Of a DNA stretch of 64,000 nucleotides, positions 15,532 to 29,716 are shown one piece after another. Location of the stretch: the NCBI GenBank assembly GCA_003693705.1, contig RBZT01000743.1:1-64000 (forward strand), in the 5' to 3' direction. Every line of letters starts with the position of its first letter. The stretch's first letter is position 1. The position numbers and the translations under genes were made by a program. Below the pieces are notes generated by a model that had not been told where the DNA came from, did no database searches, and worked only from the letters and a program-made list of their open reading frames with translations. The DNA comes from Polymyxa betae A26-41 (Eukaryota; Protista; Endomyxa: Phytomyxea).

Positions 15532-16516
15532 ATGGTGCTTGAGGCGGTTCCTGAAGATGGCGGTCGTGTTGCATGCCAGGAATCCAACGCAAGGCCGTAT
15601 CGGTTGCGGTCGACAGCTAGCGCTTCACCGACATCCTCTTTTCGCCTGTAATCTTTCAATCAGGAATTATGACTCTCATAACACTGGATATCAAGGGGAC
15701 ATCAGCGGTCTCGTCTCACCAGCGTGGCCGGATCCATACCTCGAATTACTGTCCAGGACTGGACTGGTACGATGCTGATTTCTGATTTCCTAATAATCGA
15801 GCGGTTTTAGAATCAGTCGCTAATCTGATGTTGACCGAACCAGCTGTTCAAAGCGCTGAATTCGTCAAATTCATACAGTCACCGGAAGCCACGACTTTCA
15901 CATCGGCTGCATACTTCTACTTCATCGTTTGGAAGAAAGTACACACCTTGCGATCGCCAGTCTTGGCCGTCAGCAACCATCGTAATTGCGACCAACAGCT
16001 CGTGCCGGCAAAGTGCGTTTTAATGCGAACTCTTTGCTAGCAGTAACGATGTGATTCAGGCCATGGAATGAGATCTGGAAGGAGAATCCCAGGCTGCAGA
16101 AAGAGCTAGATGACAGTATAGCAATGTTTGCCGAAAGGTCCACAAACGCGTGCAGAAAGAGCATTAATAATTCTTTCATGATTAGGTATGCGGCACTCCT
16201 GCTCAGATACTCCCACGCCGATCCCATGCTGGATAGAGAGTTCTTTGACAATCTTTTTGATTTTACTTTAAGGATCCTCAAAGTTGGATTTGCCGCAGAC
16301 ACCGACTTGTTTCCAGCGATCCACCAGGAACTCAGACGAATGTTATATTCCAAGTCCTTCATGGGGAAGATTGAAAGCGATCATACTTCGAAATTGCACG
16401 TTCGCGAAAAAAGACGTATTCGAGATTCTCTAAAAGCCTGTTCGCCGCTGATCTCTGCTCTATTGCATTCTACAGGAATGCAGAGTACTCCTAGGAAAAC
16501 TTCAAGTTTCATCTAG
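15532..16516 (+). CDS. Hypothetical multi-exon protein, possibly PPP1R36 (PPPI_inhib)-like
   Basis: GT-AG exon chain; YAALLL...DREFFDNLFDF...IHQELRRMLYSKSF...SPLISALL resembles my recollection of the PPP1R36 pattern. Confidence 0.45.
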
Positions 16517-16665
16517 TAAGTAAGCGGCTAATTCGGATATATTGTGAATCTAAATTTATCGTTCGTTTATAGCGGTATTACTGCCGAAGCGAGCCAGGGA
16601 TTGCATTATTGAGAATCACGAATTGACAATATGCACTAAAGTTTATCAGTGATAAAATGCAGAAA

Positions 16666-19600
16666 TCAAGCCTTCTTGATTGTTGCAATCAGATCGCCGG
16701 CATTGATAGAATCCCCAACTTGAACGGCAACGCCTCCGATGATACCACTAACAGGTGCAGCGACCACCATTTCCATCTGGAGTAGAGTCAAAAAATGGGT
16801 GTGATTGGTTAAACATCAGCATCCAGACTGACCTTCATGGCGCTCAAGATCGCAACTGGATCGCCGACTTTGACTTCTGAACCAATTTCTACGCGAACAT
16901 CGATAACCACACCGCTCATTGGGGCACCCAAAGATCTGGGAAATAAAGTTTACACCAATCAAATTAAATGGGAATGTGCTGACCCTGGATCTGCAGGATC
17001 TGCAGGGATACGCCCCTTTTTATCAACAGCAATAACCCGATCTTCAACATAGACAGAACGAGCGTTTCCTGTTTGAAAATAAAACGAATGGCGTTGCCGC
17101 AACGGCAAACACACCGTTGATCTCCCAGAACATTTCTCGAGTTCCATTAGACTGTAACGAACCAATTGCAAGCAACTTGACAAAGAGTTTCTTTCCTAAT
17201 AACCGTCAGAGACCAAAAAGCGGCGGGCATTATCACTGACCTCGTTCAATTTCAAAATCATACTCTCGTCCGACTTGCAATGGGTAGAAGACGAGATTAG
17301 TGGGAAGAACTGAGATGTCCCCATATTTAGCGACAAAAGATGCAAATTCATCATAAACCTTAGAAGCAATAAGAATTTACAATTCACTTATACAAGTGAG
17401 ACGCTGCTAACCTGAGGATAAAGCGCTGCACTAAGAACATCCTCCTGCTTCATATCAACCAAGTTATGTTTCTTCTCGAGGTCTTGTCGCAGCTAATATT
17501 CATGCATAAGCCTCTAGGTAAATTACGAAACAATAGAAACCTTGTTCAAATCTAATGAAGGCAGAGTCTTTCCTGGACGATCCGTGAAGCAAGGTAGGTC
17601 TTTCACGATATCGGATCTCAAAGGCTCTGGGAATCCACCCATCGGAATTCCAATGAAGCCCTCGGAAAAATTCAGAGCCTTCGGCGTTTATCGAATTGCA
17701 GAAATTACCTGGAAGAACTGGACCACAGAAGTAGGGAAAGATAGGGTCCGGGCTTGCTTCTTGACAGATTCTTCGTTTAGTCCATTCTGGACCATAAACT
17801 GGGCCAGGTCACCAACTACTTTTGAGCTGGGAGTGACTTTGATGACATCACCAAGAAGCCGATTAGCCTACATTGCCATCTTAATCTAAGTAATGAAACC
17901 GCACAAACATCATACTTCAGCATAGGCCCGCTTAATTTCAGGCCAACTCTTGCCAAGACCCAGTTTGAAAGCTTGGTATTGGAGATTGGTATATTGTCCA
18001 CCTTTACTAGCTCATTAGCATGTCATGGCCAAACGAACGAACCTCAGACCTGGCATTTCATGGACCTAAAGAGAATTTTCAAAAAGAGCAATTGTAATTG
18101 CTGCTTATTACATACGTAGACGTCGGCATTTCCACTTCGAAGACTCGGGGATTCGAAAGGAGCATACATTTCTAATAACGTATTGAAATGAAATTAAGAA
18201 GCGACAGTAGGTATGTAACCTCGAACAAGTTCCCAGTAGTCATTGAGATCAGACAATTTTTCAGGGTTGAGACCAGTATCAAGCTCGGTACCTTCAAGAG
18301 CACCTACAATTGCTCCCATTGAAGGCTGTGATGTCAAACCAGACATGCAATCAATCGCAGCATCTACGGCATCAGCCCCAGATTCAGCGCAAGCAATCAT
18401 TGATGCAACACCTAATGATTAGTTCAAAGAAACGGCGACAGCAAACAAACATCTGTTTACCAGTGCCCGCAGTGTCGTGGGTGTGAACATGAATAGGCAA
18501 ATCGGGGAATTCCTTACGAATGGCAGAAACTAGAATACGCGCGGCCCTACCCACTATTGAACAACAAACGTTAAGCAATGCAAGGTTTACTTCGGTTTCA
18601 GAAGGCCAGCCATGTCTTTTATAGCCAATACATGAATATCCATTGCAACCAGTTGACGGACCAGATCAAGATAGTATTCGGTCGTGTATTTTTTACGCTT
18701 GGGATCTGATACATCACCGGAATAGCAAATGCATGCTTCAACAACAGCGCCGGCCTGAATTCATTACAATAATGCTTAAGACCAGCAAAGGTTTGATTAC
18801 CGCATGAACGGCATCAACTCCCAGTTTCAGATTTTCAATAGAGTTCAGTGCATCGAAAACTCTGAAGATATCAACGCCGTTCTTATAAGCACATTTGACG
18901 AAGTCGTAAACAACATTATCTGTCCAAACTGTGAGCTGTCACAATCCAGGGCTATCGTAATACCTGGGTAGGAGGTGTAACCAACAGCATTGGCGCCTCG
19001 TAGCCTAAACAAAAAATAAATGCCAGTCTGCACTCAGGTGCTTTGAGGATACTTACAGCATCTGGAATGGAATATTCGGTACGCGGCGCCTCAAAGTCCT
19101 CAACCTCGACCAAGGACACTCATGAAGGAACCGTAGGGACACATCAAAAGTGGCACCACCCCAGCATTCCAGGCTGAATGCTGGTGCTCTACAAACAAGT
19201 TATCAAATTTCCCACTTCATGCATGAAGGGCGTTTACAGTGCATATGAGGTGGCCTTTGCAATCAATTGCATGTCATAGGTTCTCACTCGGGTAGCGAGC
19301 AAAGACTGATGAGCATCACGCCATGTTGTGTCCATGATCAGCACCTAAGACCACAAAGCTTATTAACTTATTCAACAAGCAGGCCAATCACATACTCCTT
19401 TATGTTGGCGAATGGCTTTTGCAAATGCTTTCGGACCTTGTTTGAGGAGGATGTCACGGAAACCCGTTGGCGGGGCATCGGGATTAGAAGTAAATAACGA
19501 TATTGGGGGACCAGTTGGAGGCTCAATACAGCTGTCAACCTTATTCGGTAGATCGAGCCCGTTGACTTTAATATCAGACAGGAACATCAATAGTTTAGTT

Positions 19601-22010
19601 GCCTAAAACAATCTCTAAATGAACTACAGGAAGGAGAAAATTAGAGGCTCTTACTCGATCAGCAGACATACGATAAGTCAGAATCTCAGGAGTTTGGTCG
19701 ATAAACGTTGTGTACGCTCCCTTGTGTTCCAGGAAGTAGGGATGTGTTAGCAGTTTTTGTAGGAAGGGAATGTTCGTTTTTACTCCACGAATACGAAACT
19801 CTGACTTAGAATTAAGATTTAACTGAAAAGCTATTCAAGCACAAACCAGCAATAGCACGTAGTGCACGAATGACAGTTTCTTCAAACGTCATCGCGCGAG
19901 CTATGCATTTCACCAACAGCGAATCGTCTACAATGGTCCATTAATACTTTGTTTTTGAAGAAGCAACCTCAATACAATGTGGAGAAATTATGCTGCCGGC
20001 TCCGCTACATCCGTCTTGACGAACCCCAATTCCACCACTTGATCGGTAGACTTCAAGCCGTCCTGTATCTGGGCGGAAGTTTTCCTATGATAGACGATTA
20101 ACAAACAAAATTTCCCAATATGGTCAATGCAAAAGACCAACCATGGGATTTTCGGTCGTTATTCTCAGCTGCATAGCACATCCATGACACTTGATTTTGT
20201 CCTGGGTAATTTCTAATTCTGGAAGAGAAATTCCACAAGCAACTTCGAATTGGATTCGAACCAAGTCGAATCCCGTGACTTCTTCAGTGATAGTATGTTC
20301 GACCCTGAGGTTTCGAATAAGGTATAAAGTCAAATGGTTTCGACAATTGTTTCTACTGGATACGAGGGTTAACTTCAATCTGTGAACAATCATTAAGTAA
20401 GTACGGCGCGAAGCATTCATCAAAGAGAGCTTACAAAATAATGACGATCTTGATCATCGACGAGAAACTCGACTTGTTGAGCAGTTAATACAAGAATGCC
20501 ACTGTTACTAAAGACCACCAACCTGTTCCAGCATTGGAATATGACACTTCCTTGGCAATCTTTAGCGCATCTTGCAGTATCCGCACTCGAACCTCAGCGT
20601 TCAGGCACTGCGAAGGTGCTAGCTCAACAACCTAACGAAATATTGATTAAGGACATTCATGTGGTAATTTCTCGAAGTGACCTTCTGATAACGCCTCTGA
20701 ATACTACAGTCACGCTCAAAAAAGTGAACAACTATAAATCAAGAGAGTCGATTTTCCAGTCTGTTGGATTACAGAGAGCTAACCATTTCCATGAAGATCG
20801 CCCATAATTTGGACCTCAATATGTCTCTGAGATCACAGGAATCAGGAGACAATAAGAACAGCTTTAACTGCATCCCTAACCGGTTTGTTCAAAAAGCGCT
20901 CAGCAAAAACAGTCCCGTTGCCAAACGAGGTTATGGCCTCGTGTGTAGCACGATGGAATGCTTCCTTGATTTCAGAATTGTTGTGGACAATCCTAAACCA
21001 ATGGTCGTTAACTCGAAACCTAGAACGTCGAAAGTATCAGCAGACCGCATCCCTCGACCTCCACCTTGCAAATTATGAGCATTCAGTTGAAAACATTAAG
21101 TCGCAACTAACCTCCATACGCCGCTTTCAGCTAATGGACCAAATAAAAACAGATTAGAAATGATTGTAAGGGACCCCAGAAAATTCACGTACAATGATAG
21201 GGAACCCATGAGCGTTAGCAAAAGTGACGACATCCTTCCCGATATTACAATGTAGTTCTGATGGAAGTTGGGATTCATACCTGCTCATCTTTACAGGGGC
21301 CGTTGGAACCAGGAATTACAGGGACTTTTGCAGCTATTGCCAATTCCCGAGCATTAGTCTTAGAGCCCAATCTTTCAATAACGTCTGGTCTTGGTCCGAC
21401 GAAAATTATCCCAGCATCGATAACACGCTGAGCGAACTCAGAGCTTTCGGACAAAAACCCATCTGAGTCAGGAGTCAGAGCACTTCATATTTTAGATATC
21501 GTGCATACATCCTGGATGAATTGCATCTACATTATTTCTTGTGGCGATCTCTATGATCGAATCGATGTCGAGGTAAGCAGCAATGGGAGCCTTCCCTTCT
21601 CCGACCTGACGTAATGTAAATACCTTCAGTGATAACGGAGATATATGAAAAACCTGGTACGATTCATCAGCCCGGTATCTGTGAAGGCTCAATCGGTCTT
21701 CATGGGAGAATATCGAAACCGTTCGAAGTCCCAATTCGTAAGCAGCACGGCAGATCCGAATGGCGATTTCGCCACGGTTGGCCGCCTTTGAGAGGTCAAT
21801 AGCAATCCCGGATCCTTGCACCCAGAGCCATACCATGATCTTCTTGATCTTCTTATTAAGGCCATCTTTGGCAAAATGCCTCGCCAAAGCTCTGCTGGTC
21901 TCATACGTGCTCTGCCCTCCCAGAGGCCCCGAATTCTCATCGACAGATTCGGTTGCATACCACTGGGGCGTCCCATGATCGTGGTTCAGCCGAGGTTTTG
22001 GATCCGCCAT
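16666..22010 (-). CDS. PC: Pyruvate carboxylase, highly fragmented by short introns
   Basis: [82 protein letters not shown], biotin motif SAMK|ME; ends LIATIKKA*. Confidence 0.96.
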
Positions 22011-22238
22011 GACCACCACAATGCACTTAAGACTGGAAAAGGATTAAGGAAATGCCGGTCGGCCCCGGCTCACTACCAGTAACCTAACTACTGTCAATTC
22101 TTAAACGAGGAGACAATCGTCTACGTGCTACGTTACGTGCTAAACGGGCTGCTCTGCGAGGCAGTTTCTATGAGAGAGGACATTTGAGTGACTTTCACCC
22201 ATTTAACACTGTTGAAGATTTGAATTTCATTCCGATTT

Positions 22239-22602
22239 CTATCTGGATATAGGCGTTGATGACACCTTATGGCGAAAATACTTCAGTATGCTGCCACAAT
22301 GCTTCTGATGGTCGAATGGATCCGTATTCAATTTCTTTTCCAAAATCTGGGTGGAGACACATTGTCCCTTCGGGTTGTTAGCTTCAGCTTTATCAATGCT
22401 AGCAGAAACCTCAGCTTTATCAATGCTAGCAGAAACCAACTTATTCAGATTGCTGACGACAGAGCCGGCAAATTCCCCAACCTTAGCCTCAGGATTGCTG
22501 CAGGCGACGTCCGGGACATTAAACGACATCGTCAGTTGCCCATGAGGTTGCAGCCAAACATATCAAAATACTTGTAAGCAGCAGTTGCAGAAGCGGGATC
22601 AT
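22239..22602 (-). pseudogene. Small secreted protein gene broken by a single extra base (or a sequencing error)
   Basis: ATG 22602 gives MIPLLQLLLTSILICLAATSWA-TDDVV*. Removing one base near 22524 joins it to the 22239-22529 ORF (FNVPDVACSNPE...). Confidence 0.5.
22384..22437. repeat. Perfect 27-bp tandem duplication
   Basis: TCAGCTTTATCAATGCTAGCAGAAACC twice; encodes VSASIDKAE twice on the minus strand. Confidence 0.95.
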
Positions 22603-24142
22603 CTAGATTAGAGGACATTTCCCATATGTTTGACGTAGTGGGGTCTTACCCCAATTGAACAGAAACCCAGAATGAGCGGTGATTGCAGCGTTCTTGATTC
22701 GTGCCGTGATCGCTGTCGCGCCGTTTCCGGCAAGGTTTCGCGAAGGCGAACACTGCAATTGCGAGTTCTTTCAATCATAGAACTTCGCTTGGATCGGGCT
22801 AATTCCAAAGCTCTTCAGCATTGAGCGACGAAGGGTCGTTGGCATCCTGTACCTTGACCTCATCGGAAAGCAGAGCGACCCCCACATGATACCCCATCTC
22901 GTTGCGGTTAACAGATTCATTACATAGCGAAAACGCAGATCGATAGGCCATTGATCCCGATTCCATCTTGTCATTCGTGTATTAGCCAAGACCTAATAAT
23001 TGATCAGCGGGATACAGCACAAATTTCCATCTCTTGAAGTGGCTGCAAGAGTGGTTATGCTCACTTCGTGCTGAATTGATCAAGAGCTGTGTTTGAACAG
23101 CATTCGAAGAGCGGACAGCACAGCGGCGATGACGAAGCGCCTCTTCGTTAACTGGTTTCATACACCACGAGATGAGCTTCAACAGAGGCTTCAGAGCAAA
23201 CTATAACATGCAGGGACATGATCCAGGTTCTCAAACCCTCGGCTGCTTGGCGCAACATATTTCAATCGAAGGAGGAATTCGGAGCGATTCCATTTTCAAA
23301 GACGGCTGTGTTGTTAACGTCAAGATCTCGCTTAATAGCTTCAATATGGAGATGACGTCACAAACTAAATGTTCGGCGGCCAACAACAACTCGAACTCTT
23401 GTACTCTACGACGTCCTGCTCCGAGTCGGACTTGGTTCGCTGATGGCGAGTCACTTAAACTCGGGCATGCTGGCATGGAATTGCAAATCTTTGCGAACCA
23501 CAGCGCTCATAAGCGGGTGGCGTCTTTAAGGTTTGTCAGTCGCCTTTTAGAGGGCGTCGTTTGGAAACTTAACGCCATGAGGCGGTCGCTGCAGGCGACA
23601 CGGCACGATCCATGACGCTCGTTTGAAACTTGGAACAGACCACGTTCGTGCAATCGAGTGGTCGTAGCATCACATCATTGCTGTGATACATTTGTCAAAC
23701 AAATTCTTGCTGGGAGAATGAAGCGATGGCGACAGCACTGAAAGTGATTATTCGGCATTGACAGAAACACACTCTTCAGTAATTGGCACAGTGGCTATTT
23801 CTTTAAGGCCCCCAGATTGGAAACAGCATGCTAATTGGTCTCAGCATTTGCGATCTATTTCGCTCTGTTTCTAACCGCTAGCCAGATCTACCAGATGTGG
23901 AAAACATATTCGTCGTGATGACTTCAGTGGATCAAAAAACCATTTTAGGCAAATACAGGCTAGGCCATCCTGGCCATCTGGACTTCCTACAAATATAGTC
24001 CTTTTAGCAACAGCTTTTATACTCTGATCGCCTCGATGAAAATTGCTGCGTTTCTGAAGGATCCTGTTCTAGGCTGTATTCACAACCTGAGCAACCCTAC
24101 CAGCCTTCATTTTAACCACGTTGTTTATCGAGATCACATCAA

Positions 24143-25283
24143 TCAAGATTTAACTGACTTGACGTCTAACAGCCGAGCTTCGGTTGATAGCTGCCTGGCC
24201 TTACTAGGGACTTGATATAAGTATAGCGAATAGCTAACCATTATTATAGCCAGTACTAATGTCAGCCTGAGTGGTATGCCAAACATTACACGCTGAATGA
24301 CAGCAACAACCACCATCTCAGCGAAGTTCGCGTACTCCTTGATGAGGACATCCAGGTGTCGTAAGACCAGCGATGTGCAGACACCGCCCAGGCCAGCCAC
24401 AACAAGAATCGCTAACGCATGCATATCAAAGCCCACAAGCAGATTCGAAAGAATCTCGGGGCGGAAAGCGATAATCGCAAGCAAATTGAACACGATGGAC
24501 CAGAAGTACAGGTAAATATTCTTCAACCAAATTCCCATGTCGCTTGAGTCCTTATGCTGTAATAACCACTGGAAGTAAACGCCGCCTAAGCTCGAGCAAA
24601 CGCCCTGAACCGACATCATAGCAATTGCGATGAGTCCATCGTCAGGACTGAAGCTCTCGCTTTGTTCGACAACGCAGGCAAGCATGAGTAATACTAGTCC
24701 ATACCATTGACGAGGTCTTAGCCATTTCTTGAAGAACCATTGTGACAGCAGACCGGAGAATACGATTCGCGTGTTGATGAGAATGCGATACGTTCCAGGT
24801 TCCATCAGTTTCAAATTGATGAAAGCAAGCCCTAAGTTGAAATTGAGTTGCAGATTTAACATCAAATTCTTCAAGAAAACCACCATTATACATTACATAG
24901 ACAGCTGCAGGGATGATGAAATATATACCATCTGGAAACTTGTTGATCAGAATTATGGATTTTGTTCTAATATCTGATGACGACTCTTCAGACCTGAAAG
25001 GAGATTACTTAGTTGGACCCAACAGATCAAAGTATTACGTGAAAAGGAAGATTGTCAATGATAATGTGATTTTGAAGAGTTCAATAAACAAGGTCATGGC
25101 CATGATCTATACTGCAATCAGAATCTAAAACTGATCAGAACGAAAATCTTGCACTTCGTATGGATATTGATGATCGTCAACATTTTCTGTTTGCCGCGAT
25201 TGAGAATTCTTTATGAGGATCGCTTGTGCAGACCAGAGCGCCACATAGGCGGTGATATAAAGCCACCGACGGTCAGGGGCCAT
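24143..25283 (-). CDS. Nucleotide-sugar transporter, SLC35A-like, paralog 1
   Basis: MAPDRRWLYITAYVALWSAQAILIK...YPYE|IMAMTLFIELFK; EPGTYRILINTRIVFSGLL; QWYGLVLL; GGVYFQWLLQ; WLKNIYLYFWS. Confidence 0.85.
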
Positions 25284-25577
25284 CCGGTGCTGTCAACCAA
25301 CTGTAATCATGTCGCGTGTAGCCAGATAATATCTTCGAGGGGAAGGTCAACGTTGACCAAGATCAGTCATGCGAACTTCGCCACAAGAAAAGATGCCTGA
25401 AACAACGTTTGCGCTAAACCCAAAACCATGCCATATAATGCATCGTGCCACTATCAAAGGGCGGACGAGCACGTATCCATTAACCAATTCTCTATTAGTA
25501 GGATGGTTCAACAAAAGCGAGACAAATCTCACACAATGCTACACTTTGGGAGGCAATTTGATATTACTATTAATACA

Positions 25578-28043
25578 TTACATTAGAGAGGGTCCAATAA
25601 ATAACAAAAAGACGGCAGCGAGGGCTAAGACTCCATAAAGCAAAACAGTGAACAGGTACCAGATCCAATTAGAAAATTCGGTTACCCTGGATGAAAACAG
25701 GGATGACGATTTACCGGACGTTGGTTGCAGAAACGGAATCGTACTTCGATTCAGGTTTTCGGATTCTAACAACTAATGCTCAATCAGATACTGATTCATG
25801 CAAATGTTCAAAAGTAGAACCAAGACTGGTCATACCTGCTTTACAGCTGCAGTAATCCAGGCTTTAACTTGATGGAGATCATTCAGATTTGATCCTGTAC
25901 CTGCCAAAATTTGGAACGCTTGCGCATTGGGCCTGATAACGGCGAAGCCAATTCTGTGCAGACATTAAAAAAATCAGACAGTCCAAGTCTCGATTACTTA
26001 TGCTCACGAAACGAATCTGCTAATCCAAGATGCTCTACAAAGCGAGTCTGTTCTTTCGCATGGATCCAGCTTATCCGTATCCGAGATTCGGAATCCAACA
26101 CATTCATTTTGGATGCCAAATCTCGCAGCCCTAATCCAACATAAGAAACACAGCTGCATCACATCTGACGTAAAGCAACCTTCAAAGTATGGAAACGCAT
26201 TGGGCTCCTGATCAGCAACAATGACGATACAAACCGGATCGTTGATATAGCAAAAGTCATAGTAATTGTCATATGACAGTTTGGGAAATAATGGCATAGA
26301 GTGCTTTTTCAGTATGGGCACCACCCATTTCCCCGAATCAACGCTAATTGAACGATCCCAGTCGGAAAGCTCAAAGATAATCTCCTCGTGGTCACCTCGT
26401 CTCACGATTACAGCTTCCATGGCTGTTCCTAAGTGAGCCACCTGAACGTTTTAGAAATTGAAACTGCCGACAAGAGACTAGTTACATTGAGGTTATTCCC
26501 AACAAACGAGTATTTAACGAGCTTTGGAAGATCAGGTCGGAACATAAAAGCCAAGAGGGAAAGTGGAACGTTTCGATGGGTTCGAGACACAAACATTATT
26601 CTAACATCAACTCCAATATCGGCGACGAACTTATCGTAATCATTCCTAAGAAGCGTCATTGAAAATGTTCAGACGAAGTAGCGTTTTTGAAACACTCAAA
26701 CATGCTCATATCATCAACTGGAGAAGTGTGGAAAGTTTCCACAAATACCTGTTTCCAATAATAGTGAAGTCATTGGGTCGAGGAACAGAGCTCAGAATAT
26801 GTGTTAAACTGCGCTTGTTGAGACGATTAAGATCGCCATTGAGCAATGGCGTCAATGTGATGCCGTTACCGTCTTTAGAGCGAGTAACAGCAAATATCTC
26901 AGGAATCGAACGCAGATCTAAGGCACGAACAAGCCCTGCTGATAGATCGTAATTGATTCGACCAAATGACACCCATCCTAGTCAGTTTGTAAGTATTTGA
27001 AAACAAGATGCTTCTAGATCAAGGGTGCTTGAAACACGAACACCAGAAACGAAGTTGCGAAAGCTTTTGGAAAAGAAAATAAAAACAAAACAAGGGGTAC
27101 CTCGATATTCGTCGAGGATTGATTCCCAAACAGAATTGATAGCTGCACAGCCGTTGCATTGGGATGCGTATAGTTTCACGATCCAAACTGTCCCGAAGCG
27201 AATGACGTCGTCTTCAACAAGCAGCGGATACGTCTCCTCTGTGAGCAATGTCTAAATGAAGAACGTCTGATTTCAGTTTATTCCGAATTTCGTTCGCCAC
27301 AACTAACCGAAGGTGAGAAGCGATCCGGATCCCGATGATAAAGATGAAGGGCGCCAAGCGCTGCATATATCTATTACAAAAATTAGATGTGCATAATAAA
27401 ATTCAAAGAAGATACAAATAAAAAAATACAAACAAGCAAGTAATAAACATTCAACAGTAAAACCTAGAATATGACATGCGGCTTTTAAATCAGAAATATG
27501 TTTTTGGGAAGCGCTTAATAAAACAACGTCCCGACAAACCTGAATTGCATGATCTTGGATATCAACAGCAACGTGACCTTGCTGAGCTGGTGGATATCTT
27601 CCAATTCGATCGTAATAGTGTCGTTTGTCTGCATCCGACAGAACATCGAATGCTTCACGGAGACGAGCGAAGACTTCAGGTGATGAGCTCTTGTCAGGAT
27701 GCCTAGACATCGATTAGGTTTGTGAATGAAAACAGTTAAACCAACAGAAAACGCTGAATTAGAGGCATCATCAAAAACTAGCTACATTATGGATGGAGAA
27801 CAACTTCGCCAATAAATTCAGGAGAAAATTGACTGTACCATTTCTTGGCGAGACCACGAAAAGCAGCTTTGATTTCATCGGCAGAATCTGTCCTGGATAC
27901 GCCAAGAATCTGTCAAATGCAGGTCATGGATTGCATTGTTGAAACAACCAAACATAGGAACGAACGTGATAAGGATTGGGGGGCGACCCAGCCGATACTT
28001 GGAATCCGACCAGAACTGCCAGGACGGCCAACCCAACAATCAT
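25578..28043 (-). CDS. ER J-domain plus thioredoxin-like membrane protein (DNAJC16-like), multi-exon
   Basis: Signal peptide MIVGLAVLAVLVGFQVSA; J domain PYH|ILGVSR...W|HPDK...AFDVLSDADKRHYYD; Trx-like WIVKLYASQCNGC; C-terminal TM helix. Confidence 0.75.
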
Positions 28044-28228
28044 GGTTTCAGACGTCCAATGCGTGGACAGAGAGACAGATCCGTCTGAAGCATCGCGGAA
28101 AGGCTGCAGCAGAGGCAGGAGGCCATCACATTATTACGTTACCAGCAAACTGCATCAAAATTCAAATTCGCTGATTGATCGATAGTCGCTGGTTGTTTAC
28201 CCTTCCAGTCGGCATAGCACTGGATCTC

Positions 28229-29716
28229 ATGTCTGCTGTCGAATCATTGGTTGGCTGAGCTCCCGATTAGTTTGGGATCGTTTAACACTTGGTCGCAGTG
28301 GATTCAGGCTCAGGATGTAATTCAGTCATGCAAATCGTCAGCAGGTAAATTCATCGGTCTAGCGTCTTTTGTTTTGCTGAAACTCGATCAGAAGCAAGGG
28401 CAGTCTTAGACAATCTTGCAAAGCATTGTCCTGCTGGTAATGCGAATCAGAAATCTGATGTCATGGTCGGATTGATTCAAAATCTGATTCAAGGCCAGGA
28501 TTCTTCTTCAACTTTGGCTGAAAACATATCTGCAATTGAATCAGTGTGTTTCATCAGCACTTATTGTATGAAAGTCTGAATCAGTTTCAGATCTCAGTTC
28601 TGACTCGCGATGCATGCGTTTCGTATCCCGTTGCATACTCTTCCGCCAACCGAATCTTTCTAGCCTGGTATGAAGCTGATGTCGTGCTAAGGCTTCAGAA
28701 TGACACCCTTCGAACCGCATTTGGTCATCTGGTGTTTCTGGCATGTGTAAAATGTATCCACGACTTGAGCTTGGAAGTCCCATACAACGTTATCCCATTA
28801 CACCAACTAAGTATAGAAATCGTTCAGATTCTCTGCAAGTGATAATTTGTCTGTAGCACCAACGAAGAAAGGTGCTACTGCATGGACTACGCCGTATGCC
28901 CAGATAGTAAAATATGATGATTCTGGCATCGATGTAAGCGATAGGAAAAGACTTCGCGAGGGTGTAAGCTGAAATTGGATGGCCGTCCCCGATGTAAGAT
29001 TACTTCTATAGGCGCTCGATATCAAGAAAATGTTCCATTGTATCTACATGATTGAATTGTTTGCAACAACTGGACTGATTTCACAATGGATCTCTCTTTA
29101 TCGCCAATGTAAAAGACAAGAGCAGATTATACTTGCCCAGATCTGTTTGCTATCAAACAATGTAGACAGGTGCCCAAACCCATGCGTACACTTTCGGCTG
29201 TTATAATGCTGTTCAGTGCTGTCGAAGTAATCTCTCGTGATTTTATTTACTGCCATCGTGGCAGGTTCTTAAATGGCGCTATCAAGCTCTGTCAGAACGA
29301 CTTTATAAATGCATTGGAATCCATTATCCAAACTGTCAGGGATAATGAAGGTCTGATTGTGTCAGTCTTTTCTTACTGTATGATGGTTTTAAATGAAATT
29401 TAGAAGAATTTTGTGAAAATGCTCTACGGCCAGCAGATGGAATTTCAGACTGCTTTTTAGGAGGATCATTCGAGTTCACCTCGCGCCGCTCACTTATGCT
29501 CGATTGTGTCCGCGTCATCATGGCATGCGCCTCAGCTAACAGCTTTCCGATCACGGCAAGAATTGCATTATGCCAATATGCTTGGCCTACGATGGAGTAT
29601 GAATTCAAGAAATTGGTAGCAGATCACGTCACTGACAACCGTTTATTTGAGTTTGAACAGGTATGTTTTATAGAACGTTCCATCCAGAATTCACAAGTTC
29701 TCAGCTGTCGTCATAG
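28229..29716 (+). CDS. Hypothetical multi-exon helical protein
   Basis: Chain of open exons with GT-AG junctions (ARAVLDNLAKHCP..., IKLCQNDFINALES..., LCQYAWPTMEYEF...). Boundaries approximate. Confidence 0.45.
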
